The translations under genes and the position numbers were made by a program. The notes beneath the pieces are model-generated. The model was not told the origin of the DNA and searched no databases. It was given only the letters and a program-made list of their open reading frames with translations. From Flavobacteriales bacterium (GTDB lineage Bacteria; Bacteroidota; Bacteroidia; M30B66), in the NCBI GenBank assembly GCA_046294625.1, contig JBKBKN010000020.1:1-64000 (forward strand): a stretch of DNA of 64,000 nucleotides, in the 5' to 3' direction. Positions within the stretch are counted from its first letter, which is position 1; every line of letters begins with the position of its first letter. This document shows, piece after piece, positions 18,636-29,049 of this stretch.

Positions 18636-19214
18636 ATGATCGATGCTTTTTGGGAAAGCCTTGACTTATTTGAGAAATTTCTCTGGGCAACAGCAGTTCT
18701 CTTCACGACTATGTTTGTCATTCAAACTTTATTCACCTTCGCATCAGGTGGAGAAGATAGTGCTGTAGGTGAATCTGATGCTTATGTAGAAGGTGATAGC
18801 GGCATAGGATATCAGCTTTTTACGGTACGTAACTTTTTTATTTTTTTCACTATTTTCGGTTGGGTTACACTTGGTTGTTACAAGGAAGGTTTATCATCCT
18901 TGATATCATCATTTATTGGAATTCTGAGTGGTGTGGTTGTGGTGTATCTTATGCTTTGGCTTATGCGTCGAATTTCTACCTTGAAGCAAGATGGAACCTT
19001 GCAATTAAACAATGCTATTCATAAAAATGGAACGGTATACATCCCTGTTCCTCCATCGGGCAAAGGTTTGGGCAAGATTCAAATTATCATTCAAGGATCA
19101 ACAAGGGAACTGGATGCGATTACTTACGAGGATGAAAGCATTTCCACAGGATCACTCGTTACTGTAACCGGGATAAAAGATAACTTATTAATCGTAAAAC
19201 CCTTCAATTCCTAA
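18636..19214 (+). CDS. NfeD-like (YqiJ-type) membrane protein, partner of flotillin
   Basis: Three N-terminal TM helices followed by a ~70-aa OB/beta C-terminal domain (GKIQIIIQGSTRELDAITYEDESISTGSLVTVTGIKDNLLIVKP). Sits immediately upstream of the SPFH gene, as in the E. coli yqiJK arrangement. Confidence 0.6.
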   Translation: MIDAFWESLDLFEKFLWATAVLFTTMFVIQTLFTFASGGEDSAVGESDAYVEGDSGIGYQLFTVRNFFIFFTIFGWVTLGCYKEGLSSLISSFIGILSGVVVVYLMLWLMRRISTLKQDGTLQLNNAIHKNGTVYIPVPPSGKGLGKIQIIIQGSTRELDAITYEDESISTGSLVTVTGIKDNLLIVKPFNS

Positions 19215-19217
19215 CTT

Positions 19218-20828
19218 ATGGATTTTATCATTTTAGCCATACTACTGACCATCATATTTGGTTTTGTAGTCATTTTTTCGCTCATCAAAAGATACAAACG
19301 ATGCCCAAGTGACAGAGTGCTTGTTGTGTTTGGTAAAGTTGGAGCAAATGCCGATGGAACGAGAGCCGCAAAATGTATTCATGGTGGAGCTGCATTCATT
19401 TGGCCTATTATTCAGGATTATGCATTTATGGATCTTACCCCACTTTCACTGGAAGTAAATCTCACCAATGCTCTGAGCCGTCAAAATATCCGGGTTGATG
19501 TTCCTTCTCGATTTACAGTTGCCATCTCCACTGAGCCTGGTGTGATGAATAATGCAGCAGAGCGACTCCTTGGATTGCAACGACAACAAATTCATGACCT
19601 CGCAAAAGATATCATCTTCGGACAGCTCCGTTTGGTAGTTGCCACGATGGACATTGAAGAAATCAACAACAATCGTGATAAGTTCCTGTCTAATGTTGCG
19701 TCAAATGTTGAGGCTGAATTAAAAAAGATAGGTTTGAAACTGATCAATGTTAATGTCACCGACATCAAGGACGAAAGTGGGTACATTGAAGCATTGGGGA
19801 AAGAAGCTGCTGCAAAGGCTATAAATGAAGCCAAAATTTCCGTTGCAGAACAAGAGAAGGTTGGTGAAATTGGTAAGACTAATGCGGAACGTACCAAGGA
19901 AGTTGAAATTGCTGAAACGCTTCGAGATCGGGATGTGCGAATTGCTGAAACAGAAAGAGACCGCGATGTGCAAATGGCGATTGCAAAAAAAGATAAGGAA
20001 GTATTGATTGCGGGGGCTGAACGTGATGAAGCCATCGGTAAAGTAGAAGCTGACAGAGATACCAGAATTAAATCAGCTGACGCTAACGCGAAGGCGGTAG
20101 AAGGGGAGAATACTGCAAAAATTACCATTGCTGACTCTGATGCAAAACGAAGAGAAAAGGAGGCAGAAGCACTTAGAATTGCTGTGGCAGCTGAGAATGT
20201 GCAAAAAGCAAAAGCTCTTGAAGAATCTTATTTAGCAGAACAAAAAGCAGAACATGCAAGAGCAGACAGAGAAAGAGCGTCGCAAGTGGCAAATGTGGTA
20301 GTAACGGCCGAAATTCAAAAGCAAAAAGCAATCATTGAAGCAGAAGCTGAAGCAGAGAAAATACGCATACAAGCTAAAGGGGAAGCAGATGCAACCTATG
20401 CAAAACTCGAAGCAGAAGCCCGTGGTATGTTTGAAATGCTCACCAAACAAGCTCAAGGTTTGGATCAAATTGTAAAAGCTGCAGGCAACGATAGCAAGAA
20501 TGCGGTGCTCCTATTGATTGCCGATAAGCTGCCGGAATTGGTTAGGTTACAATCTGAAGCGATAAAGAATATCAAAATAGATAAAGTAACTGTTTGGGAT
20601 GGCGGGAATAATAATGGAGAAGAAGGAAAAACATCAACGGCCAATTTTCTTTCAGGGATTTACAAGTCTGTGCCCCCGCTAAAGGATGTATTTGATTTAG
20701 CAGGGATGAATTTGCCTGAATATTTGGGGAAAGATAAAGCAGCTAATGGCATTAATTCTAGGAAATCAAGCGACACAGGCATGAATGACGGTGGCGCTAA
20801 GGAAGATGATAATACCACTGAGATTTGA
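19218..20828 (+). CDS. Flotillin-family SPFH/Band-7 protein (YqiK-like)
   Basis: N-terminal TM segment and an SPFH domain (VFGKVG...IHGGAAFIWP...LEVNL). A long EA-rich coiled-coil (AETLRDRDVRIAETERDRDVQMA...; EAEAEAEKIRIQAKGEADA) is typical of flotillins. 536 aa. Confidence 0.8.
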   Translation: MDFIILAILLTIIFGFVVIFSLIKRYKRCPSDRVLVVFGKVGANADGTRAAKCIHGGAAFIWPIIQDYAFMDLTPLSLEVNLTNALSRQNIRVDVPSRFTVAISTEPGVMNNAAERLLGLQRQQIHDLAKDIIFGQLRLVVATMDIEEINNNRDKFLSNVASNVEAELKKIGLKLINVNVTDIKDESGYIEALGKEAAAKAINEAKISVAEQEKVGEIGKTNAERTKEVEIAETLRDRDVRIAETERDRDVQMAIAKKDKEVLIAGAERDEAIGKVEADRDTRIKSADANAKAVEGENTAKITIADSDAKRREKEAEALRIAVAAENVQKAKALEESYLAEQKAEHARADRERASQVANVVVTAEIQKQKAIIEAEAEAEKIRIQAKGEADATYAKLEAEARGMFEMLTKQAQGLDQIVKAAGNDSKNAVLLLIADKLPELVRLQSEAIKNIKIDKVTVWDGGNNNGEEGKTSTANFLSGIYKSVPPLKDVFDLAGMNLPEYLGKDKAANGINSRKSSDTGMNDGGAKEDDNTTEI

Positions 20829-20885
20829 TGGATTACCCTTGTTGCAAGTCTATGCCTCTTGATTGGCTAATGATATTGCGTTTTC

Positions 20886-21080
20886 AATATGTCAGGTCTG
20901 CGCCCTTCTAATTGAACGTGTGATTTTTTTGTTCCGATATGTCAGGGATACGCTCATTTATGTCTTGTTCGACATTTGGTTATATCACGTTATGGCTTCG
21001 TCCTATTGATTGTTTGGATGATATTTTATCTATGATCACGTTAGGGTTACGCATTTTAATGACCTAGATGATATTTAGGA
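20886..21080. repeat. Four degenerate ~48-bp direct repeats in the convergent intergenic space between flotillin and accC
   Basis: The units start ATATGTCAGG / ATATGTCAGG / ATATCACGTTATGG / ATGATCACGTTAGGG and share the pattern ATaTCAcGTtaGGgtTaCGC...ATTT. Units 3 and 4 are ~75% identical. Confidence 0.4.
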
Positions 21081-21142
21081 TAGAATCCTTTCATGACTTA
21101 ATCATTACTATGGATAAGATTTCAGGATTTTAATAGCTTTAT

Positions 21143-22483
21143 TTAGCTTTTGAAATCAAATCCTTCCAGAAATTTAGTAGTGTAGTTTCCTTCGATAAAA
21201 TCTGGATTTTCCATCAATTTTTTATGAAATGGAATGGTTGTTTTCACACCGTCAATCACAAATTCATGGAGCGCACGTTTCATTTTTGCAATAGCTTCTT
21301 CACGAGTCTGGGCAACTGTGATGAGTTTTGCAATCATCGAATCATAATTTGGTGGTATGGTGTATCCGGCATAAGCATGTGTGTCGAGTCTCACACCATG
21401 TCCGCCCGGCGCATGAAAAGTGGTAATTGTGCCCGGTGATGGACGAAAATTATTATCAATATCTTCTGCATTGATTCTGCATTCCATAGCATGCATTTGC
21501 GGGTAGTAGTTTTTGCCTGTGATTGGAATGCCTGCGGCAACTTTGATTTGCTCACGGATTAAGTCATAATCAATTACTTCTTCAGTTATTGGGTGTTCAA
21601 CTTGAATACGAGTGTTCATTTCCATGAAATAGAAATTGCGATGCTTATCTACCAAAAACTCGACTGTTCCAACCCCTTCATATTTCACAGCTAAAGCAGC
21701 TTTTATGGCTGCATCACCCATTTCATCACGTAGTTCCTGTGTCATGAATGGCGATGGCGTTTCTTCCACCAATTTCTGATGTCGGCGTTGTATAGAGCAG
21801 TCACGTTCAGAAAGATGACAAGCTTTCCCAAACTGATCTCCAATAATTTGTATTTCGATGTGTCGCGGTTCTTCGATAAACTTCTCCATGTACATACCAT
21901 CATTTCCAAAGGCCGCCAAAGCTTCCTGACGAGCTGAATCCCAGGCGTGCTCTAAATCTTCTTCCTTCCAAACGATACGCATTCCGCGCCCGCCTCCGCC
22001 AGCTGTCGCTTTTAGAATGATAGGATACTTTATCTTTTTAGCTACTTTCTTGGCATTATCGTAACTATCTAATAAGCCATCTGAGCCTGGAATAGTAGGT
22101 ACTCCAGCAGCTTTCATAGTTTCCTTAGCCATTGATTTATCGCCCATCTTCTCGATTTGTTCGGGAGTGGCACCAATAAATTTGATTCCATAATCTTGAC
22201 AAATCTTTGAGAATTTTGCATTCTCTGACAGGAAACCATAACCAGGGTGAATAGCATCCGCATTGGTGATTTCAGCTGCAGAAATGATATTGGGTATGTT
22301 AAGATATGACTCTTTGCTAGTTGGTGGACCGATGCAAACAGCTTCATCAGCAAATTTCACATGAAGACTTTCCTTGTCGGCGGTCGAATAGACAGCCACG
22401 GTCTTTATGCCCATTTCATGCGCTGTACGAATTACTCTTAAAGCAATTTCTCCTCGGTTGGCAATAAGTATTTTTTTGAACAC
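21143..22483 (-). CDS. accC: Acetyl-CoA carboxylase biotin carboxylase subunit
   Basis: [21 protein letters not shown]-terminus, an ATP-grasp core and the motifs GGGGRGMR and [14 protein letters not shown]. 446 aa. Confidence 0.95.
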   Translation of the reverse strand: MFKKILIANRGEIALRVIRTAHEMGIKTVAVYSTADKESLHVKFADEAVCIGPPTSKESYLNIPNIISAAEITNADAIHPGYGFLSENAKFSKICQDYGIKFIGATPEQIEKMGDKSMAKETMKAAGVPTIPGSDGLLDSYDNAKKVAKKIKYPIILKATAGGGGRGMRIVWKEEDLEHAWDSARQEALAAFGNDGMYMEKFIEEPRHIEIQIIGDQFGKACHLSERDCSIQRRHQKLVEETPSPFMTQELRDEMGDAAIKAALAVKYEGVGTVEFLVDKHRNFYFMEMNTRIQVEHPITEEVIDYDLIREQIKVAAGIPITGKNYYPQMHAMECRINAEDIDNNFRPSPGTITTFHAPGGHGVRLDTHAYAGYTIPPNYDSMIAKLITVAQTREEAIAKMKRALHEFVIDGVKTTIPFHKKLMENPDFIEGNYTTKFLEGFDFKS

Positions 22484-22522
22484 AGCTACAGGATTTTGAA
22501 ATTAAACAAGTCGTTTTGAAAT

Positions 22523-23023
22523 TTAAGCAGGCTCAACTAAGAAGAGTGGTTGATCATATTCCACAGGAGTGGAATCGTCAACGAGCACTTTTACAATACG
22601 TCCACTTACTTCAGACTCTATTTCGTTGAATAATTTCATCGCTTCAATGATGCAAATTACTTTGCCCGGCTTGATTTCGTCTCCAACATTCACAAAAATG
22701 GGCTTATCTGGACCTGGAGCGCGATAAAAAGTTCCTATCATTGGGGATTTTATAGTGATTAATTTGCTGTCGTTTGATGATTTAGGCGCAGATGTACTTT
22801 CCTGTTTTGCGGCAACCGGATCGCTTGGCACAACCGGAGTTGTAGCCGGAGCTACCGGAATTTCTGCCGGAGGTAAGCTGGCATAAACTATGGTCTCTTT
22901 TTTATCCTTAGAGGCCACGTCTGTTTTAACAGTAATCTTGAAATCCTTAGTTTCAAGTTGCACTTCGCTTACACCGGATTTAGATACAAACTTAATCAGG
23001 TCTTGAATTTCCCTTATGTCCAT
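22523..23023 (-). CDS. accB: Acetyl-CoA carboxylase biotin carboxyl carrier protein
   Basis: C-terminal biotinyl domain with the EAMKLFNEIE biotin-lysine motif and a Pro/Ala-rich linker. Sits immediately upstream of accC. Confidence 0.9.
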   Translation of the reverse strand: MDIREIQDLIKFVSKSGVSEVQLETKDFKITVKTDVASKDKKETIVYASLPPAEIPVAPATTPVVPSDPVAAKQESTSAPKSSNDSKLITIKSPMIGTFYRAPGPDKPIFVNVGDEIKPGKVICIIEAMKLFNEIESEVSGRIVKVLVDDSTPVEYDQPLFLVEPA

Positions 23024-23146
23024 AAAATTGTTGTTTAAATTATAGGGCGGTAAATATATAAAATAAGCATTTGCTAACTAAAAAATGAAATAACTGCATT
23101 AGTAGCAAAAGCTACAGGGTTGTCTGGCAATAACTTGTAAGATTCT

Positions 23147-24145
23147 TTAAGGTGTGTCGTAAGCCCATTTAAGCCATACAGCTCCCCAGGTGAACCCGCC
23201 TCCAAATGCGGCTAAGATGATATTATCTCCTTTGTGCAATTGCTTCTCCCATTCCCAGAGGCATAATGGGATGGTAGCATTTGTGGTGTTGCCGTAACGT
23301 TGAATATTAACCATTACTTTTTCATTACCCACACCCATTCGACTAGCAGTGGCATCTATAATTCTTTTGTTTGCCTGATGAGGAACAAGCCACGCAATAT
23401 CGTCACTCGTTAGGTGATTTTTTTCCATGATTTCCGCAGAAACATCTGCCATATTTGTAACTGCAAATTTAAAAACCGGTTGTCCATCTTGAAAAACATA
23501 ATGCTCTTTACGGTCTACGGTTTCATGACTTGCAGGTTTGATAGAGCCTCCTGCTTTCTGGTGCAGATAATGTCTACCAGAGCCATCCGTTCTCAAAATA
23601 GCATCTTGAATGCCGTTCCCTTCTTTACATGGTTCTAGCAAAACAGCTCCTGCTCCATCACCAAAAATTACACAAGTAGCGCGATCGGTGTAGTCAATTA
23701 TGGAACTCATTTTATCAACACCTACAATTAGAACTTTTTTGTGTGCTCCGGATTCAATAAATTTTGAACCTGTTGTAAGTGCGAATAAAAAACCGGAGCA
23801 TGCTGCCCCTAAATCATATCCCCATGCGTTTTTGAGACCAGCTTTATCAGAAATAATATTTGCAGTAGCAGGGAAAACCATATCTGGAGTAACCGTGCTG
23901 CAAATAATTAATTCGATTTCTTCTGGTTTGGTATTTGTTTTCTCCAAAAGCCTTTTCACTGCTTCAACGGCCATATCAGATGATCCTTTGCCCTCACCTT
24001 TTAGAATTCTCCGTTCAGCAATACCTGTTCGTGATAGAATCCATTCATTGTTGGTATCTACCATTGTTTCCAGCTCTGCATTGGTCAACACATAGTCAGG
24101 TACATAACCTGCTACGCCAGTAATAGCTGCTCTGATTCTTGACAT
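23147..24145 (-). CDS. fabH: 3-oxoacyl-[ACP] synthase III
   Basis: Active-site Cys in the AACSGF context and a His/Asn thiolase-fold C-terminus (HQANKRII...GNTTNATIP). 332 aa. Confidence 0.9.
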   Translation of the reverse strand: MSRIRAAITGVAGYVPDYVLTNAELETMVDTNNEWILSRTGIAERRILKGEGKGSSDMAVEAVKRLLEKTNTKPEEIELIICSTVTPDMVFPATANIISDKAGLKNAWGYDLGAACSGFLFALTTGSKFIESGAHKKVLIVGVDKMSSIIDYTDRATCVIFGDGAGAVLLEPCKEGNGIQDAILRTDGSGRHYLHQKAGGSIKPASHETVDRKEHYVFQDGQPVFKFAVTNMADVSAEIMEKNHLTSDDIAWLVPHQANKRIIDATASRMGVGNEKVMVNIQRYGNTTNATIPLCLWEWEKQLHKGDNIILAAFGGGFTWGAVWLKWAYDTP

Positions 24146-24206
24146 GTTGAGTGAATTAGTATTTAGCCTTATCTTTTTATCAAGATAAGGCTAAAAATAT
24201 TTTCTA

Positions 24207-24398
24207 TCAGGCTTTAACTGCAGCAGGAACGATAAGCTTTCCTTTGTAGTAAAGATCTCCTTCCACGTAATATGCTCTATGGTAGAGGTGGATTGTTCCT
24301 GTTGTTGAACACTTCGCTAAAGTTGGTACTTCGGCTTTGTGGTGTGTTCTTCTTTTGTCCCGGCGGGTTTTCGAAATTTTTCGTTTCGGATGTGCCAT
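24207..24398 (-). CDS. rpmF: 50S ribosomal protein L32
   Basis: [22 protein letters not shown]-terminus, 63 aa. Confidence 0.9.
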   Translation of the reverse strand: MAHPKRKISKTRRDKRRTHHKAEVPTLAKCSTTGTIHLYHRAYYVEGDLYYKGKLIVPAAVKA

Positions 24399-24434
24399 TG
24401 TTCTGTGTATTTATAATTTAGTAATGTATTCTGT

Positions 24435-24962
24435 TTACTTTTTAATCTGATTCAATTTTGCCCAACGCGGATCAATTACTGTCTCATCTTCGGCCGAAGT
24501 ATTTATTTCATTTATTCTCTTGATAACATCCTGATCACAAATATTTTGATCGTCTAAAATTTCACATGGTACTATTTTCAGTGGCATTGCTAATGCAATA
24601 CTATCAAAAATAAATTGTGATAAATCTATTTCAAAGCTTCCTTTTGGCAAAGTAATGATTTCATCTTGTTCTTCATATTCTTCACCGGCAGTTTTCACAA
24701 TCAGTCGCGAATTTCCAGAGATCGGATATGCGTAATCATTTGCACAACGGTCGCAAAGGGTGTCCACTGTTCCTTCAAAATGAAATTGCAGTGTCAAGGT
24801 ATGATTATTTTTCTCAAGCTCCAATTTCACAGCCACATCCCCGCAAGAAATAAGCTCACTATGAATCAAATTAAAGAACTCTTTGTCTGCTTCAAAATCA
24901 AAATAATGAATGCCATTGCTTAACCCAACAAATTGAATGGTATATGCAGATGACGTTTTCAA
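24435..24962 (-). CDS. yceD: YceD/DUF177 family protein (23S rRNA accumulation protein)
   Basis: Conserved position upstream of rpmF. Contains the CDRCxxxY Cys motif and an acidic C-terminus. Confidence 0.7.
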   Translation of the reverse strand: MKTSSAYTIQFVGLSNGIHYFDFEADKEFFNLIHSELISCGDVAVKLELEKNNHTLTLQFHFEGTVDTLCDRCANDYAYPISGNSRLIVKTAGEEYEEQDEIITLPKGSFEIDLSQFIFDSIALAMPLKIVPCEILDDQNICDQDVIKRINEINTSAEDETVIDPRWAKLNQIKK

Positions 24963-25132
24963 TGTACTTCTTTTTTAAGGGTGGCAAAGATACATTTTTT
25001 TTATATGCAAATTGCCTTTCATTGAAATTTACACACAGCCAATTGTGGATAGATGTAGCTTGATTTTTTAATCAATTATTCACACAAAAGATTTGCGCAT
25101 GCTTAAAAAACTGTTTTATTTGCAGCCAAGCA

Positions 25133-26278
25133 ATGGAAGCGGTCAGCAACGAGATTTTTACACAGGAGAGCATTAGGCCTTTCTTCGACAACGAAGTGCC
25201 TGACGCTATTGAGCGTTTATCTAAACAGCCATCATTTCATACTGCATTGAGATTTGTGTTTCCAGATATGCGGTCAGAAGAGCTTTTAGATAAGTTGCGT
25301 AGTGTAAGAAGCATTCGCGACTTTCAAACTAGCCTTATTTACGATGCGGTCAAAAGAATCGTTAGAGCTTCAACACAAGGAGTCAAGCAAAGTGGATTAG
25401 AAAATCTTGATCCTAAAAAGAACTACTTGTTTATTTCAAATCATAGGGATATTGTATTGGATTCCGCCTTTCTCAATTATCTGATGTTGGGTGAAGGGTT
25501 TGACACTACGCGAATCGCCATCGGAAGCAATCTTTTGCAGAAAAAATGGATTTATGATCTGGTGAAATTAAACAAGAATTTCATTGTTCCGCGTAATGTG
25601 CAAGCCAGGCAGCTATTGGAGTATTCATTAATGTTATCTAACTACATCAGGCAATCGATCACTAATGACCATCAATCGGTATGGATTGCGCAACGCGAAG
25701 GCCGAACAAAGAATGGTGACGACCGTACTACGCCGGCTTTGCTTAAAATGTTTGCAATGAGTTATGAAGGTGACCCAATTGCAGCGCTTAAAGAATTAAA
25801 TATCGTACCTGTTTCCATTTCATTTGAAATAGAACCCTGCGATTGGTTAAAGGCTAAGGAACTGTACGAAAGATCAATTAATCCGGATTATTCCAAGAAA
25901 CCTGATGATGATTTGGAGAGTATGAAAATGGGTATAGCGATGAAAAAAGGTCATGTTCATTACCATTTCTCATCATGCATCAATGAGCAACTTGATAGTT
26001 TGGCCGATGTGAATAAAAATGATCTCATGAAGGAAGTAGCAACATTGATTGACAAGGAAATTATAGCTAATTACAAGCTTTTCCCCAACAATTATATAGC
26101 TTATGACTTAATACATGGCGGAGAAAGATTTAAAAATGAATACGACAGTGTGGATAAAAATTATTTTCTGCGACATATCGATCATAAACTCATGATGACA
26201 CTAGGCGATGAAGATGCCATTCGAAAGAATATGCTGATGATTTATGCCAAACCTCTTATGAACAAATTGGGGGAGTAA
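25133..26278 (+). CDS. Putative lipid acyltransferase (PlsC/GPAT-like H-x-x-x-x-D variant)
   Basis: FISNHRDIVLDSAFLNYLM resembles acyltransferase motif I. It sits divergent from the fab/acc lipid operon. Assignment is tentative. Confidence 0.3.
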   Translation: MEAVSNEIFTQESIRPFFDNEVPDAIERLSKQPSFHTALRFVFPDMRSEELLDKLRSVRSIRDFQTSLIYDAVKRIVRASTQGVKQSGLENLDPKKNYLFISNHRDIVLDSAFLNYLMLGEGFDTTRIAIGSNLLQKKWIYDLVKLNKNFIVPRNVQARQLLEYSLMLSNYIRQSITNDHQSVWIAQREGRTKNGDDRTTPALLKMFAMSYEGDPIAALKELNIVPVSISFEIEPCDWLKAKELYERSINPDYSKKPDDDLESMKMGIAMKKGHVHYHFSSCINEQLDSLADVNKNDLMKEVATLIDKEIIANYKLFPNNYIAYDLIHGGERFKNEYDSVDKNYFLRHIDHKLMMTLGDEDAIRKNMLMIYAKPLMNKLGE

Positions 26279-26328
26279 TAAAATAGAACGACTTCGATAC
26301 CGTTTTTTGCAAAACATAATCTCATCTT

Positions 26329-26847
26329 ATGATTAGATCTTTTGTTTTCTTCATTATTTATGCAGTTGCCATAAATCTTAATGCACAGCACAGTTTTCCA
26401 GAAGTTTTTTGCGAAAATCTGAAAGGTCAACAGGTGTTGCTTCCTAGGTCAGACAAGCATCAGATCATTGTAATGGCATTTGGAAAGCATAATGAAAAGG
26501 AACTTGATTCGTGGCTGCAACCTGTTTATGATAAATTCATTCAGAAAACCGGTTTAATTGATTTAATGTTTGATGCTCATGTCTATCTGCTCACTGTGCT
26601 CAACGGCGTAGAAGCTGCTGCAGCAAAGGCAAATATCAATAAAATTAAAAATGAGACTGATGAAGCTTTGCATCCAAATATCCTCGTGCTAAAAAGCGAT
26701 GCTGATTTGATTTTGCAAACCCTGAAGCCTGATACCAAACAAGTGCATGTTTATTTACTCAATAGGAATGGTAAAGTGCTTCAAAGCGTAAAGGGAAAAT
26801 ACAATGAAGATAAAATGGAAGCACTCGAAGATGCTTTCGAAGACTAA
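26329..26847 (+). CDS. Secreted hypothetical protein (thioredoxin-fold-like without CxxC)
   Basis: Signal peptide MIRSFVFFIIYAVAINLNAQ. The N-terminal pattern FPxF...L...KHQIIVMAF resembles redoxin topology but lacks the redox cysteines. Confidence 0.3.
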   Translation: MIRSFVFFIIYAVAINLNAQHSFPEVFCENLKGQQVLLPRSDKHQIIVMAFGKHNEKELDSWLQPVYDKFIQKTGLIDLMFDAHVYLLTVLNGVEAAAAKANINKIKNETDEALHPNILVLKSDADLILQTLKPDTKQVHVYLLNRNGKVLQSVKGKYNEDKMEALEDAFED

Positions 26848-26875
26848 TTGATTTTTCAAAGAAAAGCGGTTAAAA

Positions 26876-27967
26876 TCAATCAGTGAGTTTGGTGAACTTT
26901 TTAGTTACAGTCCGTTCTCCATCTGAAAAACTTAAAAGATAAACACCTTGCATGCCGGAAGGCAAATCATCAATTACAAAGGTTTCATTAGGAATGATGT
27001 TTCTTCGTAAAACCGTTTTTCCCATTAAATCAATTATGTTGTAATGCGTGGGTCTGAAATTGACATGATCTATTTTCACAAAAATCATGTTTTGCGCCGG
27101 ATTAGGATAAACACTTAAGTGTTCGGAAGTTAAATCATTCAATGATGCTACATTGCTTTGAAAGTAAATCACACGGGTGATTTGATCAAATGTGAACAAT
27201 TGTGTGGCAGTGATTTCAAGAACAGGCCATGCGTGACCCGGAGCAAGCCATTTATATTTCACTTCAGTGGGTATAGGCAGGTTGAAACCAAATCCGAGGG
27301 TATCCAGCTGTATGGAGTCTGTTGCGGTAACAGTAGATTTTACTCTCAAACAATTGTAGGTGGCACCACCCGGCAGAGAAAGTGTTCCCCAACCATCCAC
27401 ATGGTTTACACGTCTTCCTTTTCTTCCATAATAACCTAAGGTTGGAATATCAATATTGTAAGCGAAATTACTGGTATCTCGATTACCAAATTGCAAAGGA
27501 AATCGATAGATAAAGTCGGCAGGGTTGTATGCAACCGGAACAGGGAAGTTTTGAATTTTTACCCCAAGACCGACTTGAGCAAAATCTCCATTTCGTTTTC
27601 TATAAAATGCATAAGGATCTTCTAAAGTAACTCCTGTCTGCGGAGGAATAGGAATGGGGAAGTTTTCCTTCTTCGCTAAATTGGCCTGATTGGGACTCAA
27701 TGGTGTGGAAAAAAATATCGCGTATACAAAATCTGTAGCAGTGAGTGGCAGAAACTCTTCATTCAGCTGTCCATTGCCTAAAAGATTGCTGTAGTTCCAG
27801 TTTGAATTAGCGCCTGTGCTGCTGGTTTGCACTCCGGTAGTGGCGGCTTGCCTGTATTGCAGGTTGTCGCCAACAGAAGGCAAATCGTTAGAAGTAATTG
27901 TAATTTGAGCGAAATGTGTTGTTGCCCATAGCAAACATGGCAATAGCAGGGTAGATGGATTGAACAT
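26876..27967 (-). CDS. T9SS type-A C-terminal-domain secreted protein, function unknown
   Basis: Signal peptide MFNPSTLLLPCLLWATTHFAQ. The C-terminal ~80 aa (VYPNPAQNMIFVKI...GVYLLSFSDGERTVTKKFTKL) match the Por/T9SS sorting domain. Confidence 0.65.
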   Translation of the reverse strand: MFNPSTLLLPCLLWATTHFAQITITSNDLPSVGDNLQYRQAATTGVQTSSTGANSNWNYSNLLGNGQLNEEFLPLTATDFVYAIFFSTPLSPNQANLAKKENFPIPIPPQTGVTLEDPYAFYRKRNGDFAQVGLGVKIQNFPVPVAYNPADFIYRFPLQFGNRDTSNFAYNIDIPTLGYYGRKGRRVNHVDGWGTLSLPGGATYNCLRVKSTVTATDSIQLDTLGFGFNLPIPTEVKYKWLAPGHAWPVLEITATQLFTFDQITRVIYFQSNVASLNDLTSEHLSVYPNPAQNMIFVKIDHVNFRPTHYNIIDLMGKTVLRRNIIPNETFVIDDLPSGMQGVYLLSFSDGERTVTKKFTKLTD

Positions 27968-28114
27968 TAGTTTGAAAAATCACGTCAATATTAAGCTTTT
28001 TTCTGAAATCCTTCAGAAGTTTCGGAAAATTTTATTGCAATAAAAAAATCGTCATTTATGCTATGAAGAATACAGCGATAAATGACGATCAAGATTATTT
28101 AAACTCTTTTAAAG

Positions 28115-28129
28115 AGCAGATTCTGTCTG
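28115..28129 (-). terminator. Possible intrinsic terminator after hbd
   Basis: Hairpin GCAGA-TTCTG-TCTGC immediately after the hbd stop. On the minus strand it is followed by a T-rich tract (TCTTTTAAAGAGTTT). Confidence 0.3.
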
Positions 28130-28130
28130 C

Positions 28131-29021
28131 TTACTTTTTAAAGTTTGCGGCAACAACCAATTCTTTACCGCCGAGAGAATAATCATAAAATCCGCGTCCG
28201 GTCTTTACACCCAAATGTCCTGCAGTAACCATATTTACTAAAAGTGGGCAAGGAGCATACTTAGGGTTACCAAAGCCTTCTTGTAGCACATTTAAAATCC
28301 ACAAACACACATCAAGACCGATGAAATCAGCCAATTGAAGTGGTCCCATGGGATGGGCCATACCCAATTTCATTACCTGATCTATTTCTTCTACTCCGGC
28401 TACACCTTCGTGAAGCGTGATGATGGCTTCATTAATCATAGGCATGAGAATTTTATTAGCTACAAATCCGGGATAATCGTTCACCACGATGGGTATTTTG
28501 TTTAGCTTTTTCGATGCATTTACAATACTGTTTGTGGTTTCGCCTGAAGTGTCGTAGCCATTTATAATCTCTACCAGCTTCATAATTGGAACAGGATTCA
28601 TGAAATGCATGCCGATCACCTTATCCGGTCTTTTGGTTTGCGCGGCAATTTTGGTGATGGAAATGGATGATGTATTGCTTGCTAAAATGGTGTTGGCATT
28701 GCAGATTTGATCAAGCTTTTTGAAAATTTCTGCTTTGATATGAAACTGTTCTGAAGCTGCTTCTACCACAAGATTCGCATCCGCAATCTGCTCGTCTATC
28801 ATCGTGCGGGTTTGGATGTTGGATAGCGTTTCTTGTTTTTTATTTTCATCTATGCTGCCTTTTGCCACCATCCGGTCTAGGTTTTTGCTGATGGTCGAGA
28901 TCGCTTTATCGAGAGCTGATTGAGACACATCAATTAGTGTTACTTTATCGCCATGCATCGCGAAAGTGTGCGCGATACCATTTCCCATAGTTCCCGCGCC
29001 GATTACAACTGTTTTGTTCAT
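28131..29021 (-). CDS. hbd: 3-hydroxybutyryl-CoA / 3-hydroxyacyl-CoA dehydrogenase
   Basis: Rossmann motif VVIGAGTMGNGIAHTFA and a 3HCDH C-terminal domain. The start is reassigned to the ATG at 29021 (MNKTVVIGAG), which removes the overlap with the upstream gene. Confidence 0.8.
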   Translation of the reverse strand: MNKTVVIGAGTMGNGIAHTFAMHGDKVTLIDVSQSALDKAISTISKNLDRMVAKGSIDENKKQETLSNIQTRTMIDEQIADANLVVEAASEQFHIKAEIFKKLDQICNANTILASNTSSISITKIAAQTKRPDKVIGMHFMNPVPIMKLVEIINGYDTSGETTNSIVNASKKLNKIPIVVNDYPGFVANKILMPMINEAIITLHEGVAGVEEIDQVMKLGMAHPMGPLQLADFIGLDVCLWILNVLQEGFGNPKYAPCPLLVNMVTAGHLGVKTGRGFYDYSLGGKELVVAANFKK

Positions 29022-29049
29022 ATATAATTCCGTGTGATGATTTAAGTGT

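Noticed and set aside
17627-18721. Long 364-aa version of the FkbM methyltransferase ORF
   Set aside because: The N-terminal 83 codons overlap the divergently transcribed NfeD-like gene start. They show no methyltransferase similarity, and the family fold begins at the internal ATG (18472).
19592-20128. 178-aa and other antisense ORFs within the flotillin gene
   Set aside because: They are embedded in the Ala/Glu-rich coiled-coil coding region, whose reverse complement is Ser/Ala/Leu-rich low-complexity. No independent support.
20830-21142. Degenerate repeats between flotillin and accC as a CRISPR remnant
   Set aside because: The units are only 60-75% identical, with no regular spacer periodicity and no cas genes nearby. 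Kept only as a repeat observation.
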